Positions 30,476 through 41,651 of a DNA stretch of 56,698 nt are shown here, piece after piece. Location: positions 186,001-242,698 of the forward strand of contig MU005969.1 of the NCBI GenBank assembly GCA_010093745.1. The letters run 5' to 3'. The stretch is from Piedraia hortae CBS 480.64. Lineage: Eukaryota. Position numbers and translations under genes: made by a program. A model generated the notes under the pieces. That model searched no databases, was not told where the DNA came from, and was given only the letters and a program-made list of their open reading frames with translations. The first letter of the stretch is position 1. Every line of letters starts with the position of its first letter.

Positions 30476-33010
30476 CTAATTCCCCCTAAAAAGAAACTGC
30501 ATATCCTGCGGCGTAAGCCTCTCCATCGCGCCCAGGTCAGCATTCATAGTCCCCTGGATCATATTCGCCTTCTTCTCCTGTAACATTACAATCCTACTCT
30601 CTACCGAATCTTCGATTGTAAGTCTTGTGATGACACAGGGACGACGTTGGCCGATTCGATGGCATCGGTCTGCTGATTGCCATTCCGCTGCTGGATCTGG
30701 AAAATGTTAGTAGGTTGGGTGGGTGGGAGGGTTATCTTTGGGAGGATTGTTCGGGGAGGGGAGGGGAATTGCTCGGGATTGTTGGGACCTACTCCACCAC
30801 GGATCAACGATAAACACCCTCGACGCCTCGGTGAGATTAAGCGCAACACCCCCCGCTTTGAGCGAGACGAGAAAAACCTCACAATCCGCTCGTTTCATAA
30901 AATGGTCAATACTATTCTGTCTCTGGGTCGGCGTCATCGTTCCATCAAGCATAACGGTATTGAATCCCGCGCGGCGAAGTCTCCACTCGATTAATTGGAG
31001 CATGGAGGTGAATTGTGAGAAAACAATCGATTTCAACGTCTGCTTGCTTGATCGCAATCTGTAGAGTTCGTAGACTAGCATTTCGATTTTGGTGGATGAG
31101 GTCCAGTTTGACATGTCTAGACGATTGACGATGGAACTGCGCTGCGCGCCTTCGACATCTTGGCTTAGTTCTTCCTGTTCGAGATCGATGGCTAGACGGA
31201 GGTGACATTTCGGACATTCGGGCTCTTCGTTTTGGCTTTTGACGCTTTCGATCATGGTGCGGACACAGGTGCGACAGAAGACGTGTTTGCATTGAGAGCG
31301 GATCGCGTCCTCGGCGACTTCGTCGCAGATCTCGCAGACGAGGACGTGGCTGTTTTGGTCTTGAATGTTTTTGCGTAGGAGGAGGTCGGGGTGGTTGGCT
31401 ACTTGGCGCATTTGCATGATTAGACCAAAGATGTTGGCGTAGTTGTTTAGCATCACGCCGCGCGCGACGTAGGTGTCGAATTCGCGGCGGGTGTCGGTCA
31501 TGATGCTTGTGGAGAGATCGCGCTCGGGAGGGCTGAAGAATTCGCGGCGGATGATGATTTCTTTGGAGGGAAGCTCCATGCTGGAGGTGTGGTCGGCTTT
31601 GATGCGACGAAGCATGATGCGAGAGGTGATCAGGTAGAGACGGTCCATGGCTCGCTTGCGATCGCGCGCATCTTCGGCGCGGGTTAAGGGATTGAGAATT
31701 TCCTGGTTGAATAGCGAGACGTGGGCCATGCCGGCATGGTTGCATTCGAGACATTTGTAGTCGGGGCCCATCTGCCACTGGATCAGAGTGCATTTGCAGT
31801 CTTTGCAGAAGTAATCTGCGTACGGCCGCACCTGGAGGAAGCGCATCAGTGAAAAAAACTCGCCAATGCGATTCTGCACCGGCGTGCCGGACAGACACCA
31901 GCGGTAGGTGCCTTCGAGGGCAAAGCATGCTCTGGCTACGCCCGTCGTGCGCGTCTTGATGCAATGGGCCTCGTCCAGAATCAGACGGTGGTAGCTGAGA
32001 GCGTGGACTGGCGAATCCTCCTTCACCAGGCGGCCACCACGCGTCCAGCCCTTCTCCTGCTTGCGATGGAGACTCTCGAGTGAATTGTAGGAGATGATGA
32101 TGACATCGAACGCACGCAGAGCAGCCACCGTCATCTTCTTGGCCTTGCCAACCTGGCCGTGGTAGACAAGCACCTTGAGCTGGCCGTTGGTGTACTCTGA
32201 AATCTCGTTTGACCACTGCATCAGCGCCACGGGCGGCAGTACCACCAGCGTCGGCTTGGGCTGCGGATAGTCTGACATGATCAGCGACACGGCCTGGATC
32301 GTCTTGCCCATGCCCATCTCGTCGCCGAGCAGGCCGCCGCGGTACTTTGTTTTCTCTTGCTTTACCATCCAGTCGAGGCCCTGGAGCTGGAACGACTTCA
32401 AGCGACGTGAAATAGACGGCGGCTGGAGAGCTTCCACGGGCTTGATAACGGGCACCTTCTTGAGATCGCTCCACATGGTGACAATCTCCGGATGCGACCT
32501 CTCCAGCCGCTCCCGTTCTCGTTGCTGACGCTTGCCCTGCCGGCTCATCCGACTCGGACGCATAATGTGGTCAAGGTCGTCTTCCGAGTCGCTTCTGGGT
32601 GCAGACTGCCCTTCCTCTGCTTCGTCTGAACCTTCTATGGACAGCGGATACTCCAAGCTGGACGGCGGCACAGCTGTGCGTCGTCTGACAGCTAGGGGTT
32701 GAGCATCAGATTCGCCATCCGATTCATCGACCACATCGTTGTAATCTTCATCGTCATCTGATGATATCTCCACTACAGGCGCGCGTCGAGCCCGCTTCAC
32801 GCTCGGTCCTGGCTGCGCTCCTCCTTCCGCCGACACCTCGTCGTCTGTAGAGTCTTTGCGCTTGCGCTTCGCAGAGGGTCCCACAGACGGGGCCGGGGTA
32901 GTGGCCGGAGTGCTGGCGGCTGACAGGGTGGTGGCATCAGTTGGAGTCGTCGACACTGCGGCTGCAGCCATGCGCGTAGACAGTCTGGTTCTTAGACTAC
33001 GGCGAACCAT
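30476..33010 (-). CDS. RAD16: DNA repair protein Rad16 (SNF2 helicase with RING finger; exons 33010-30793, 30696-30476; 812 aa)
   Basis: [42 protein letters not shown]...CKHVFCRTC...CPKC and SSTKIE. The 96-nt intron 30792-30697 restores [21 protein letters not shown]. Confidence 0.95.
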
Positions 33011-34244
33011 GTTGGATTGTCAGAGAAGGAGAGCCACACCAGTCCCTGGCAAAACTCTGACGGCGGCAATATAACGGCCAATGATACACGTCACTACCCA
33101 AAGCCCTTGGTCTGGCATACAATCAGATGCTTTATTTCCTCTTGACGCGTTGCAACGAGCGCGTTACTGGTCCATCCACCTTTGATCCTCTAAATGCACC
33201 ATGTCACGTTCCTGCATAGCGGCAATGCGCGGGGATTGACGGTGTATGTACGTACTATGCTCTAAAATAGACGTGCTGTGCGAGCGACAAGCTGCCACGG
33301 CTGCATCTCGTCTCTTAGGAATTGACATGACTATGATTGTAGCTCATCTAGATGACTTGCCCATGCCAACCATACCCCGTTTGACATCTCCCCGATCAGA
33401 TCAGAGCAACTGCCACGACGCTGCCATCCTCTGCAAGCAAACGCGGTTGAATGGATGGAGCAATGCCACATGCACCTGGACGGACAGAAGCAATTAATGG
33501 GAGCTGAAGGGATGGAGCGGATCAACGACAGGAGAATTTCCGGCTTCGCTGACGTGATGGTGCATGACTCTAACATCCGATTGGACAGCACGTCAACGGT
33601 GCTGCACGTGTCAGTTGTGGCGGATCTGACAAGCTCTGACTCGTTAAGGTCGATTACACCGACGAGATTTGGAGGCAGTTTTGGCCAAAAAGGGTGTCAG
33701 ATCTCGTAGCATTAGGACATGTTTACGTTTATTAGCTCCCTCCAGCTGCGCGACCTGTTCGTTACCTAGGCTGCCATCTCGTTCCAGGTATGCAATTCCG
33801 TACAGCCAACGCATTAGCCACCCCCGAATGTCGTTACCTGACAGTCGGGCCGTGCCGCCCCCGACTTTCACCAAGAGATTAGCTCTTTTGGTGCAAAAGA
33901 CTTAGTTTCGTTGGACAGAGGAACGGTGAAAGCGTTGTGCTGTTTCACTTGTGAGCGGAAGGCTTCCATGATGGGCTCTCGTTTGGTACTAGCGCTGTAA
34001 CCCCTCGGGGCGCCTGCTGTAAAGATCCCTGTCGGTCCCCACTGCCCTGGATTTCGGAACCTGAACTGCAGCAACTGCCGTCACCTTTCTACATCGCTGA
34101 CTACTGCTGCGCAACTGAGCCCGTACTTTGGCAGCGTCCTGCCCGACGCTGGCAGAGAAATCACTGATCACCAAAGTTTTGCCGGCGCCGTTCCTTGCGC
34201 CGGCCAATATCACTTAACCGCTGATCATTCGAATCGGCGACAAC

Positions 34245-37200
34245 ATGTCGCGTTATACTCCTCAAGAATTCCGCGGCAACCGCCGCACGCCACCGCGGCT
34301 TCCCGATCGGAGAGCGTTGTCCACGGCTGGTTTTGACCAAAGATCTTTGCCGCCGCCAAGACCCGGCCAAGACGCCCCACGCGGGCCGCGGTCGCACTTT
34401 GACAACCCAAGACACTCGGTGTCCGCAAACGCCGGAGACTCCTTTGCTCCCCGTGGTTACTCCTCCAACAGAGACTTGCAGTCTTCAACCAATGAATGCG
34501 GTAGACCTTTCGACGATCGAGGCCCAGTGCATGACCGAAACAGATCTCGGTTTCCATCTGCCGACTACTCTCGCGACTCCGAAGGAGGCAGGCCCCGTCG
34601 TAGATCTCGCGATGGCCAATTATCTGAAAATCCTACCTTTCGTGGCGGAGGATTTGGACGTGGACGGGGCAATCGTAGGGGAAACGCCCATTCTCCCCCT
34701 AATCTGGGGCGACCCTTAGGGCAGAGGTTTGACGACAGAAGGCCTGTAGAAAGGCGAGATGATGATCGCCGAGCCAGTTGGACCAGTCGCGACCGCGATT
34801 TAGATCGCTGGACCGCCCCGCGATCTTCATCTCACGCACCCGGCCACATGGCCCCGTCGCCGTCTACGCACATTGCAATCGATCCGGGGCGTCGTCAACT
34901 TTTAGAAGAATTTGGTGCCCCTGTCAACGCTGCAGGTTCATCATCCTTCAGACAGGAAGCGCATCGTGACGAGTCCAGGGAAAATTCGTCCTTTCGCGGT
35001 CCGCGAGCCGATGATGGCGCCCATCGCCGAGCTCCGTCCCCGCCTATTCACGCACCAGCTGTGCCTGCATTTACCCTGTCTTTTGCGAAGCCTGCTCCAA
35101 AAGCGGGGACCGAGAGCGCTCGCCCACTAACCCCGCCGACTGCGCCTAGGGCTGACTTTGCAGAACCCCCTCCCGCTGCTCCTAAGGGCCCGCGTGCTTT
35201 GGAAGGGGATGCAAACTCCCGGGCAGGCAACCGGCTCCATGGGCCTCCCAATATGGCTGGGCCCAGGCCGGGTCATTTTGCCAATGCACAGCAAGCATCA
35301 GCTGCCTCGATTGCATCTGCATCCACGGCTGCTTCCCTTGGTGCTCCTACTGGCCCTCGCGCCAGTCGTCAGCAATCATGGGCTTCGGACATGCCACCGA
35401 TGAGTGCCAATTGGTCGTTTGGAAACACCCCAACAGCCCCGATAGCTCCTCGTGGCAACTCCTTTAGCGTCTCCCCGAAGATCCCCATGGCGCCTGCTAT
35501 TCCAACCGCACCTAAGTATAAATGGCCATCGCGTATGCCGTCAATGGCAAGCCGCCATGGACAGTGGAATCAGTGGAAACGACCAACTGGGCCCGTCAAG
35601 CGAGACGCTGCGGGTGAAGAAAGGTCGCAGTCTGAGCAGAGGGCAGTAGCGCCAATCCATCCAACGGCCATGGGCCACACAGATGCAAAGGTCCTCGTTG
35701 GGGAGGATGAGCCTATCGTTGCTGAGGACGAACCCACTGTCGGTGAAGACGAGCCAGTCGTCGGTGAGGGTGAGCCAGTCGTCGACCAAGATGAGCCAAT
35801 GGAGGAGGAGGAGGAGGAGGAAGAGGAGGAGGAAGAGGAGGAAGAGGAAGAGGAAGAGGTGGCTGTTTCTGATGCCGTCGCCGAGTTCCAGTCGAGCAGC
35901 GAAGAAGAATCAGACGATGATAGCAATCCCCAGGAAGAGCTGGCGCTTCTAAATGCCCGGTTCGAGAGGGAAAAGAGGCAGTCAGAGTCTGAGCTGTTTG
36001 ACCTGAGTTCACAGGAGAGTCGTGCCCTGGACATTCGAGCCTACTTCTACCTATCAGGAGCCACCATATCCGGGTCTGCGGAGCGTGGCTACCAATGTGT
36101 CCGCGAGGAACGTCGAAAGCCTCGACACAGTCAGACTGAAGAAGAAGTTGGCGTACCGCCGCCTGCTCCCTCGGCCAGCGAAGATGGGCACGAGGTTTTA
36201 ACACCTCAAGATGCTCCCGATGAGCCGACCGTTGCTGTGCACGATAACGACGATGAGGTCACGTCCAACTTCGTAGAGCTCCAACAGCCCATTCCGAGCC
36301 AAGTCCTCGAGCTGCCTTATCTCAACAAGGAGCGGATGAATGCTGACTTTGAATTTCCCGATTTAACGCCCCTGGAAGTGCGTTCAAACCGCTCACGCTG
36401 GGTAAGGCATGCCGTGGATCAGCGTCAAGTGACCGAGGATCAGTTGGCCGAGACATTCTCCAACTTATGTCGTGATTGGAAGCGGGAGTGGGAAGAGCTA
36501 GATCGCGGTCGTGAAGACATGGCACCGCCTAGCCTCGCCGAACCAGGGCTTGATTCAGATGGCGGAGATGGGATCTCCATGGTGGAGAGCCGACGACAGC
36601 ATAAATTCAGCTCGGAGTACGAATTCGAGCTGGTAATCAAGCAGTCAAAGGAGACGGCAATGGCGGAGCGAGAGAGACAGGAACGAGAGTCCCGAGACAC
36701 GCAGCACCTCTTGGCAAAGGAAGCCACGATACCCGATCAGCAAGTGTCTGTCCTCGATCGCCTGCCTGGCTTTATCGACATGAACCGACGTAGGAGCCCT
36801 GAAAAACTGACATCCCTCTTGACCTTTTATCCGCCTGTTTATGAGCTTAGTGACGAACAGCGCAAAGTCTTCGTGGCGGCTTTCAAAGACACGCCCAAGA
36901 AATGGGGAGAGATCGCCTCACTTCTGAACTGTGAACCAGAGGAGTGCATCTCCTACTATTATGCCAACAAGTGGGACAATGCATTCCGTGATGCTCGTGG
37001 CAAACGCAAGGGAGGGAGAGGTCGTGGTAGGAATACCAAGGGAGCTCGTGGCCGCGGATTTTGCATGGCCGATTTGGCACAGCACGATGCCCTGGCTGCA
37101 CCCGTGGTGATGACTGAAAACGGTAGACCCAAACGAGCTGCTGCACCGACAACATTTGGTGAGAAGGAACAGGAGAGTAAGATGGCCCAGCAGACGGCGC

Positions 37201-38978
37201 CGAAGAGACAAGCTTCTAAACCTGATGTCGGTAGTGAGGCTGTGCCGGAGAAGACAACGGGCAAACGTAGGAGGACGGTGAACAGCGGACGTAAAGCCAA
37301 GGCTCCGTTGTCCAACGCTCTCATGATGGGCCCTACGCCAGAGCTGCAAGAACAAGTCCGGGAAAGTGCTCCCATAGCGCAGCCGTACGCATCGAGTAGC
37401 CACCAAGACGTCTACAGCGTCCAGGGCCCTTCACAAGGCAGCCGGGTGGCCCCCCTTGGCTCTCTTAACTTCTGGAATATTGCCGACCAGACAGAAGTTC
37501 GGCGTCCGGTCGAGGAACAAAGGGTTGAGCATGGCAATGCTCCGTGGCCCGGAGTAGAACGAGAGACGCGGTTGCGCTCTTATCGCGAGGAGCAGGAGTC
37601 TCAGGCCAGACATCATGGCAACGAAGACCAGCGTTATCCGCACCGCATATCCACCACAGCCCACGTTGAAGACTTGTCACACTACCACTATCCGTACAGC
37701 ATTTCAGCCGCTGGCCACCGCAGCAGTGCGGCCTCGTCTCCTGTCAAGGCGCGCACACCAGGGCCAGCTCCTTCTCCGTCTCGATTAGCACCTCAACATT
37801 CACTAGGGCCGCCTGTGAGCTTCTTAACTGACATGCAGCAAGAGTCGCGGCCGGGACCATTGTACCCAATTGGTCAGGATGGACATTACCTGCCGAGTGT
37901 CAGTGGTGGTTATACTCGAGAGGCTGAGCGAGAGCCGGCTCCAGCCTACCATATAGGGCAGCCGTACGCCGGTAGGCATCAAAGCTCCTTGTCATATGCT
38001 CAGGGAACTGGGTCAGCGCACTCAAGACTACGTACGGCGTCGGGAGAGCGCGTGGCATCTCCCCCCGCTGCTTTGATCAGCTCTTCCCGTTCCATCTTTG
38101 CTACGGAGCCAGGGAGGTCGGTTCCAACGCCGATACCCGGACAGATGGAAGCTAGAAGAGCGCGTTCGGCTACGCCAGCCTCTACAGCCGCCGGTCCAAT
38201 GGGTCCGCCGGTCGAGCAGCAGCCTAAACAATCGAATTTAAGGTCAATCCTTAACGACGAACCTGAAGACACGAAACCTGCAACCCAGCCAGCCCATGCA
38301 GCCCCTTCCCCGAGTGAACCCGAGCCAACTAGACATGACGCTTACATGCCGCCATACCAATCACACCTTCCGTCACGCAGCCAGACGCCTTCCCTTCGCC
38401 ATGAGGTCGCTATGCCTCTGAGTTCACACTCCCCAGCGCTTCAATCAGACTGGCCATCGCGGGGAACGGGAATCAGCCACTCACGCTCCCCGTCTCTTAC
38501 CCAGCAAAACCGCGCCATGTTCGGCACGCCTCGTCTGGGCAACTCACTATCGACCCTCCCGCCTCTCCCATTCCCCTCAGCCATCTCGCAACCACAAGCA
38601 CCATACCCCTCCCTCTCAGCGCAGACACAGCAGCCTCGTACCCACCTCGGTAATATACCCCATCACGCGCAAGAAGATCATCTGCGCCACCTCAACCGTT
38701 TACAGCATCACCATCACCATCATCATCACCATCACCATCATCAGCAACCGCAGCAACAGCAACAGGAATCCTATCATCCACGACCCTCTTTACCACCGCC
38801 TCACTCACACGCTCACTCCCATTCATACGACGGACATGTTGCCTACGGGGAACGAAGATTCTGGAGAGAGGGAAATAGCGGTAATGAATACACGAGAGAA
38901 GGACAGGGTCAGCAGAGCCAACAAGGTCAGGGCCCTTATCCGCGGTTCTTTCCACGGGGGTCGTTGGGGGGTTTGTGA
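34245..38978 (+). CDS. SNT1: SANT/Myb-domain protein Snt1 (Set3C/NCoR-like)
   Basis: Low-complexity PPTAPRA/PTGPRA N-terminus; SANT domain LSDEQRKVFVAAFKDTPKKWGEIASLL...ECISYYYANKW; followed by TENGRPKRAAAPTTFGE. Confidence 0.75.
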   Translation: MSRYTPQEFRGNRRTPPRLPDRRALSTAGFDQRSLPPPRPGQDAPRGPRSHFDNPRHSVSANAGDSFAPRGYSSNRDLQSSTNECGRPFDDRGPVHDRNRSRFPSADYSRDSEGGRPRRRSRDGQLSENPTFRGGGFGRGRGNRRGNAHSPPNLGRPLGQRFDDRRPVERRDDDRRASWTSRDRDLDRWTAPRSSSHAPGHMAPSPSTHIAIDPGRRQLLEEFGAPVNAAGSSSFRQEAHRDESRENSSFRGPRADDGAHRRAPSPPIHAPAVPAFTLSFAKPAPKAGTESARPLTPPTAPRADFAEPPPAAPKGPRALEGDANSRAGNRLHGPPNMAGPRPGHFANAQQASAASIASASTAASLGAPTGPRASRQQSWASDMPPMSANWSFGNTPTAPIAPRGNSFSVSPKIPMAPAIPTAPKYKWPSRMPSMASRHGQWNQWKRPTGPVKRDAAGEERSQSEQRAVAPIHPTAMGHTDAKVLVGEDEPIVAEDEPTVGEDEPVVGEGEPVVDQDEPMEEEEEEEEEEEEEEEEEEEVAVSDAVAEFQSSSEEESDDDSNPQEELALLNARFEREKRQSESELFDLSSQESRALDIRAYFYLSGATISGSAERGYQCVREERRKPRHSQTEEEVGVPPPAPSASEDGHEVLTPQDAPDEPTVAVHDNDDEVTSNFVELQQPIPSQVLELPYLNKERMNADFEFPDLTPLEVRSNRSRWVRHAVDQRQVTEDQLAETFSNLCRDWKREWEELDRGREDMAPPSLAEPGLDSDGGDGISMVESRRQHKFSSEYEFELVIKQSKETAMAERERQERESRDTQHLLAKEATIPDQQVSVLDRLPGFIDMNRRRSPEKLTSLLTFYPPVYELSDEQRKVFVAAFKDTPKKWGEIASLLNCEPEECISYYYANKWDNAFRDARGKRKGGRGRGRNTKGARGRGFCMADLAQHDALAAPVVMTENGRPKRAAAPTTFGEKEQESKMAQQTAPKRQASKPDVGSEAVPEKTTGKRRRTVNSGRKAKAPLSNALMMGPTPELQEQVRESAPIAQPYASSSHQDVYSVQGPSQGSRVAPLGSLNFWNIADQTEVRRPVEEQRVEHGNAPWPGVERETRLRSYREEQESQARHHGNEDQRYPHRISTTAHVEDLSHYHYPYSISAAGHRSSAASSPVKARTPGPAPSPSRLAPQHSLGPPVSFLTDMQQESRPGPLYPIGQDGHYLPSVSGGYTREAEREPAPAYHIGQPYAGRHQSSLSYAQGTGSAHSRLRTASGERVASPPAALISSSRSIFATEPGRSVPTPIPGQMEARRARSATPASTAAGPMGPPVEQQPKQSNLRSILNDEPEDTKPATQPAHAAPSPSEPEPTRHDAYMPPYQSHLPSRSQTPSLRHEVAMPLSSHSPALQSDWPSRGTGISHSRSPSLTQQNRAMFGTPRLGNSLSTLPPLPFPSAISQPQAPYPSLSAQTQQPRTHLGNIPHHAQEDHLRHLNRLQHHHHHHHHHHHHQQPQQQQQESYHPRPSLPPPHSHAHSHSYDGHVAYGERRFWREGNSGNEYTREGQGQQSQQGQGPYPRFFPRGSLGGL

Positions 38979-39739
38979 GCGTATAAACGAATGGGGGATT
39001 ATGTGTTGAAAAGGTTGGATGGGTTTTGGGTGTATGGTCTATGAAAAGTCTTGGTCTTCCACGCGAGCAAGACGCTTTTTCTAGCAAGGAAAAAAATTGT
39101 ATCAGTCAGTTTGATATGTCACGCCCACGCAACTGTTCGTTGGCATCCAGATGTTGCCAAGGGGTGTGCCGAGCCGTGCCGAAGCGAGGCTTGGCGCACA
39201 AGTCTGCCTCATATTCTTATACAAACACGAACTCAAACACTCATCCAGTTGTGCACCCATTCTTCACGTTAGCCAGGACACCCTCCGCCAAGCAAACCCC
39301 TTCCGTCAACCCGCAAAGCGTGAGCCAAACCCAAGTTGACTTTTTGCCCCGATCGAATGACTCATGGGAAAGTCAGACTAAAACCAGAAATTACTGACGC
39401 GGAAAGATTGGCAATGGGGTGATTGGTTTACGGCGCTGTCTCGCGACGTTGTGATGAGTGGAGCGTGGGGAGGGAGGCTCTGAAAGAGGGGGGACAAGAC
39501 CAGATATCCTATGAGGAACTCCAGGTTTGGAGACAGCATGGAGGCACGGTAGTCTCCGCGTTCACTATAACCTCAGCTATTAGAACCAAATATATTTTTA
39601 CGAGACCGCAGTTCCTAGCAGCGGAGATGAGCGTCACACCGGCAGATCGACTCCACCGACGAAGGGAATCACCGCGCCCGCGCTTTCGGCGAAAAGTAGC
39701 CGGAGGGTTTTGCTGCTCGCTTGGATAGATATATCACCT

Positions 39740-39741
<2 letters not shown>

Positions 39742-39794
<53 letters not shown>
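39742..39794. repeat. (CA)26 microsatellite
   Basis: Directly visible. Confidence 0.98.
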
Positions 39795-39796
<2 letters not shown>

Positions 39797-41651
39797 CACG
39801 CTTCAAAGGCGACTGCGCGTCGCAATATCATTCCTCTTGCTCTCTTTGGACATCTTCGAGCCAGTTCCTTGCCGGAAATTGTGGAGGATATGCCATCGTG
39901 TTTGTCCTGGTTATGCCCTTCTCCAATTCTCCAACAATAATACAGCACTTGATTTCGTTTCCTCTTTTTGAACACAACTTCAACAACATATTTTCCTGCA
40001 CTATCACAGTTACAGACAGACCAAATTGAAAGGTGCCTGGTGGATGGTCCCATGTTTGGATACTGTATCTTCGATGCAGAGTTTGGATGGTGGTGGGACA
40101 GAGACGCCGATTAGCGGGATGAACTCGGTCGCTAGTGTTCATGATAGGGGTTGGGTTTGATTTGTGAAATCTTTTAGTGAATAATCATCACAACATCGTT
40201 GACAGGAACTGAGGATTCTTCACCACCACCTACGAACATACAGAATAGTTCTCGTCTATCGACGACTTTGGGCGAAAAGCGCCCTGCCATGACCGATCCC
40301 CCCCTGAACGCCGCACCAGACAGCGACGAGAAGATAAAAGGAAATTCCGCCCCAAGAACAAACGCAGACCTGACAGGGATGCTTGGACCCGCAAGGGCAT
40401 CGCAGAGTGGTCCCGTGCCTTCCGGCGCCGCAAAGAAGGTGCCTCTTAACATCGGCTACACGGGAGCTGCGGCCACCACTGGGATTTATAGCAGGTTTTC
40501 TACGCCCTACGGGCTTTCGCGCTTCATCAGGACCATCTATAGACGTAAAACATCAAGTCAAATCAATTGGTTGGATGGAACATTCATCTCCCTGGTGGAG
40601 TGCAAGGCATCGTGGGGGGATGGTTTAACCGTGGTGAAGGCTGGCAAAGCTTATACAGAGATATGCATCCTGAAAACCAATCGGGTGTATAATCCAATCG
40701 GCACAACATCTAACCGAACACCTCACAAGTAACGACACAACACAACACGGAAACATAGCATAAAGTTATAAAGTAGTCCCTAGTGATAGAACTAGCCGAT
40801 GCCGTAGAGATTCGCAGTATGTCCTTTCTACGGGTGTTTGTCTCATTGATTTAGCAATGCTGGGTGGCTCCATCGATAACCTCAAACTTTGGTCCGCGAT
40901 TGTGCAGCAACGCGACATGATATACGCTTGAAACTACAGAATGTAGTACAGTAGCTACGGTCGTAAAAAATTGAATGGACTCAATCTTGAGTCGTTAGTG
41001 TGATCGCGCTCGATGTCAATGGCCGGTGTCAAGCCGCTCACATCATTGAGTCGTGCGACGCCACCGAAATAGGCAGACAAGTGACAGAAAGGTCGATGCA
41101 CTAATCCGAAGCACGGGAAAGTTGAACACTCATCGTAAATCTTAGTAAATGTCAGCTTCGCAGTTGAATAACATCGCAACCACACATTCAAATTAGAAAA
41201 ATAGACATGCGCGATGGATCGCTGATGCTCCTGGCTAAAGTTTGGTCTAATTTCTGGATTGTTTCGAGCCCGTTGAAAGTTGAGTATTCAATTTCGGGGT
41301 GTGCTCAGGTTCCCCAGGCTTCGGGCTTAGCAAGACGCCAATTGGCGGGATAACCTCGGGCACTAGGCCCCGTAATAGGGGTTGGGTCTTAGGGGTGAAT
41401 TTTTTTCAATCCAGGTAAACACACAAAACTTTTTACAGACTGTGACTCCGACGAGACAGGGGACCTTGTTGACGGTATGCTATGCTCCTCACTGAGCCAG
41501 ATGGGAGATTTGGGGTAGCAAGCTGATGTGTGACTGCAAAGCTGGCCCACACAACAACCTCACCCATGCAATGAATTTCAAAAGAGAAATACAAATAAAC
41601 TCACACGCGCCATCTTCCTAGAATAAGAAAAAGAAGAAAAAAAAAAAAGTC

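Noticed and set aside
30945..32474. 509-aa alternative-frame ORF inside RAD16
   Set aside because: Shadow frame caused by GC-rich codon bias; no motifs.
39634..40053. ORFs with THTHTH / CVCVCV tracts
   Set aside because: Translation of the (CA)n microsatellite.
40199..40732. 177-aa ORF in the SNT1-MYO2 gap (first ATG 40289)
   Set aside because: No recognisable motif; it cannot be supported as a gene from sequence alone, though an orphan gene is not excluded.
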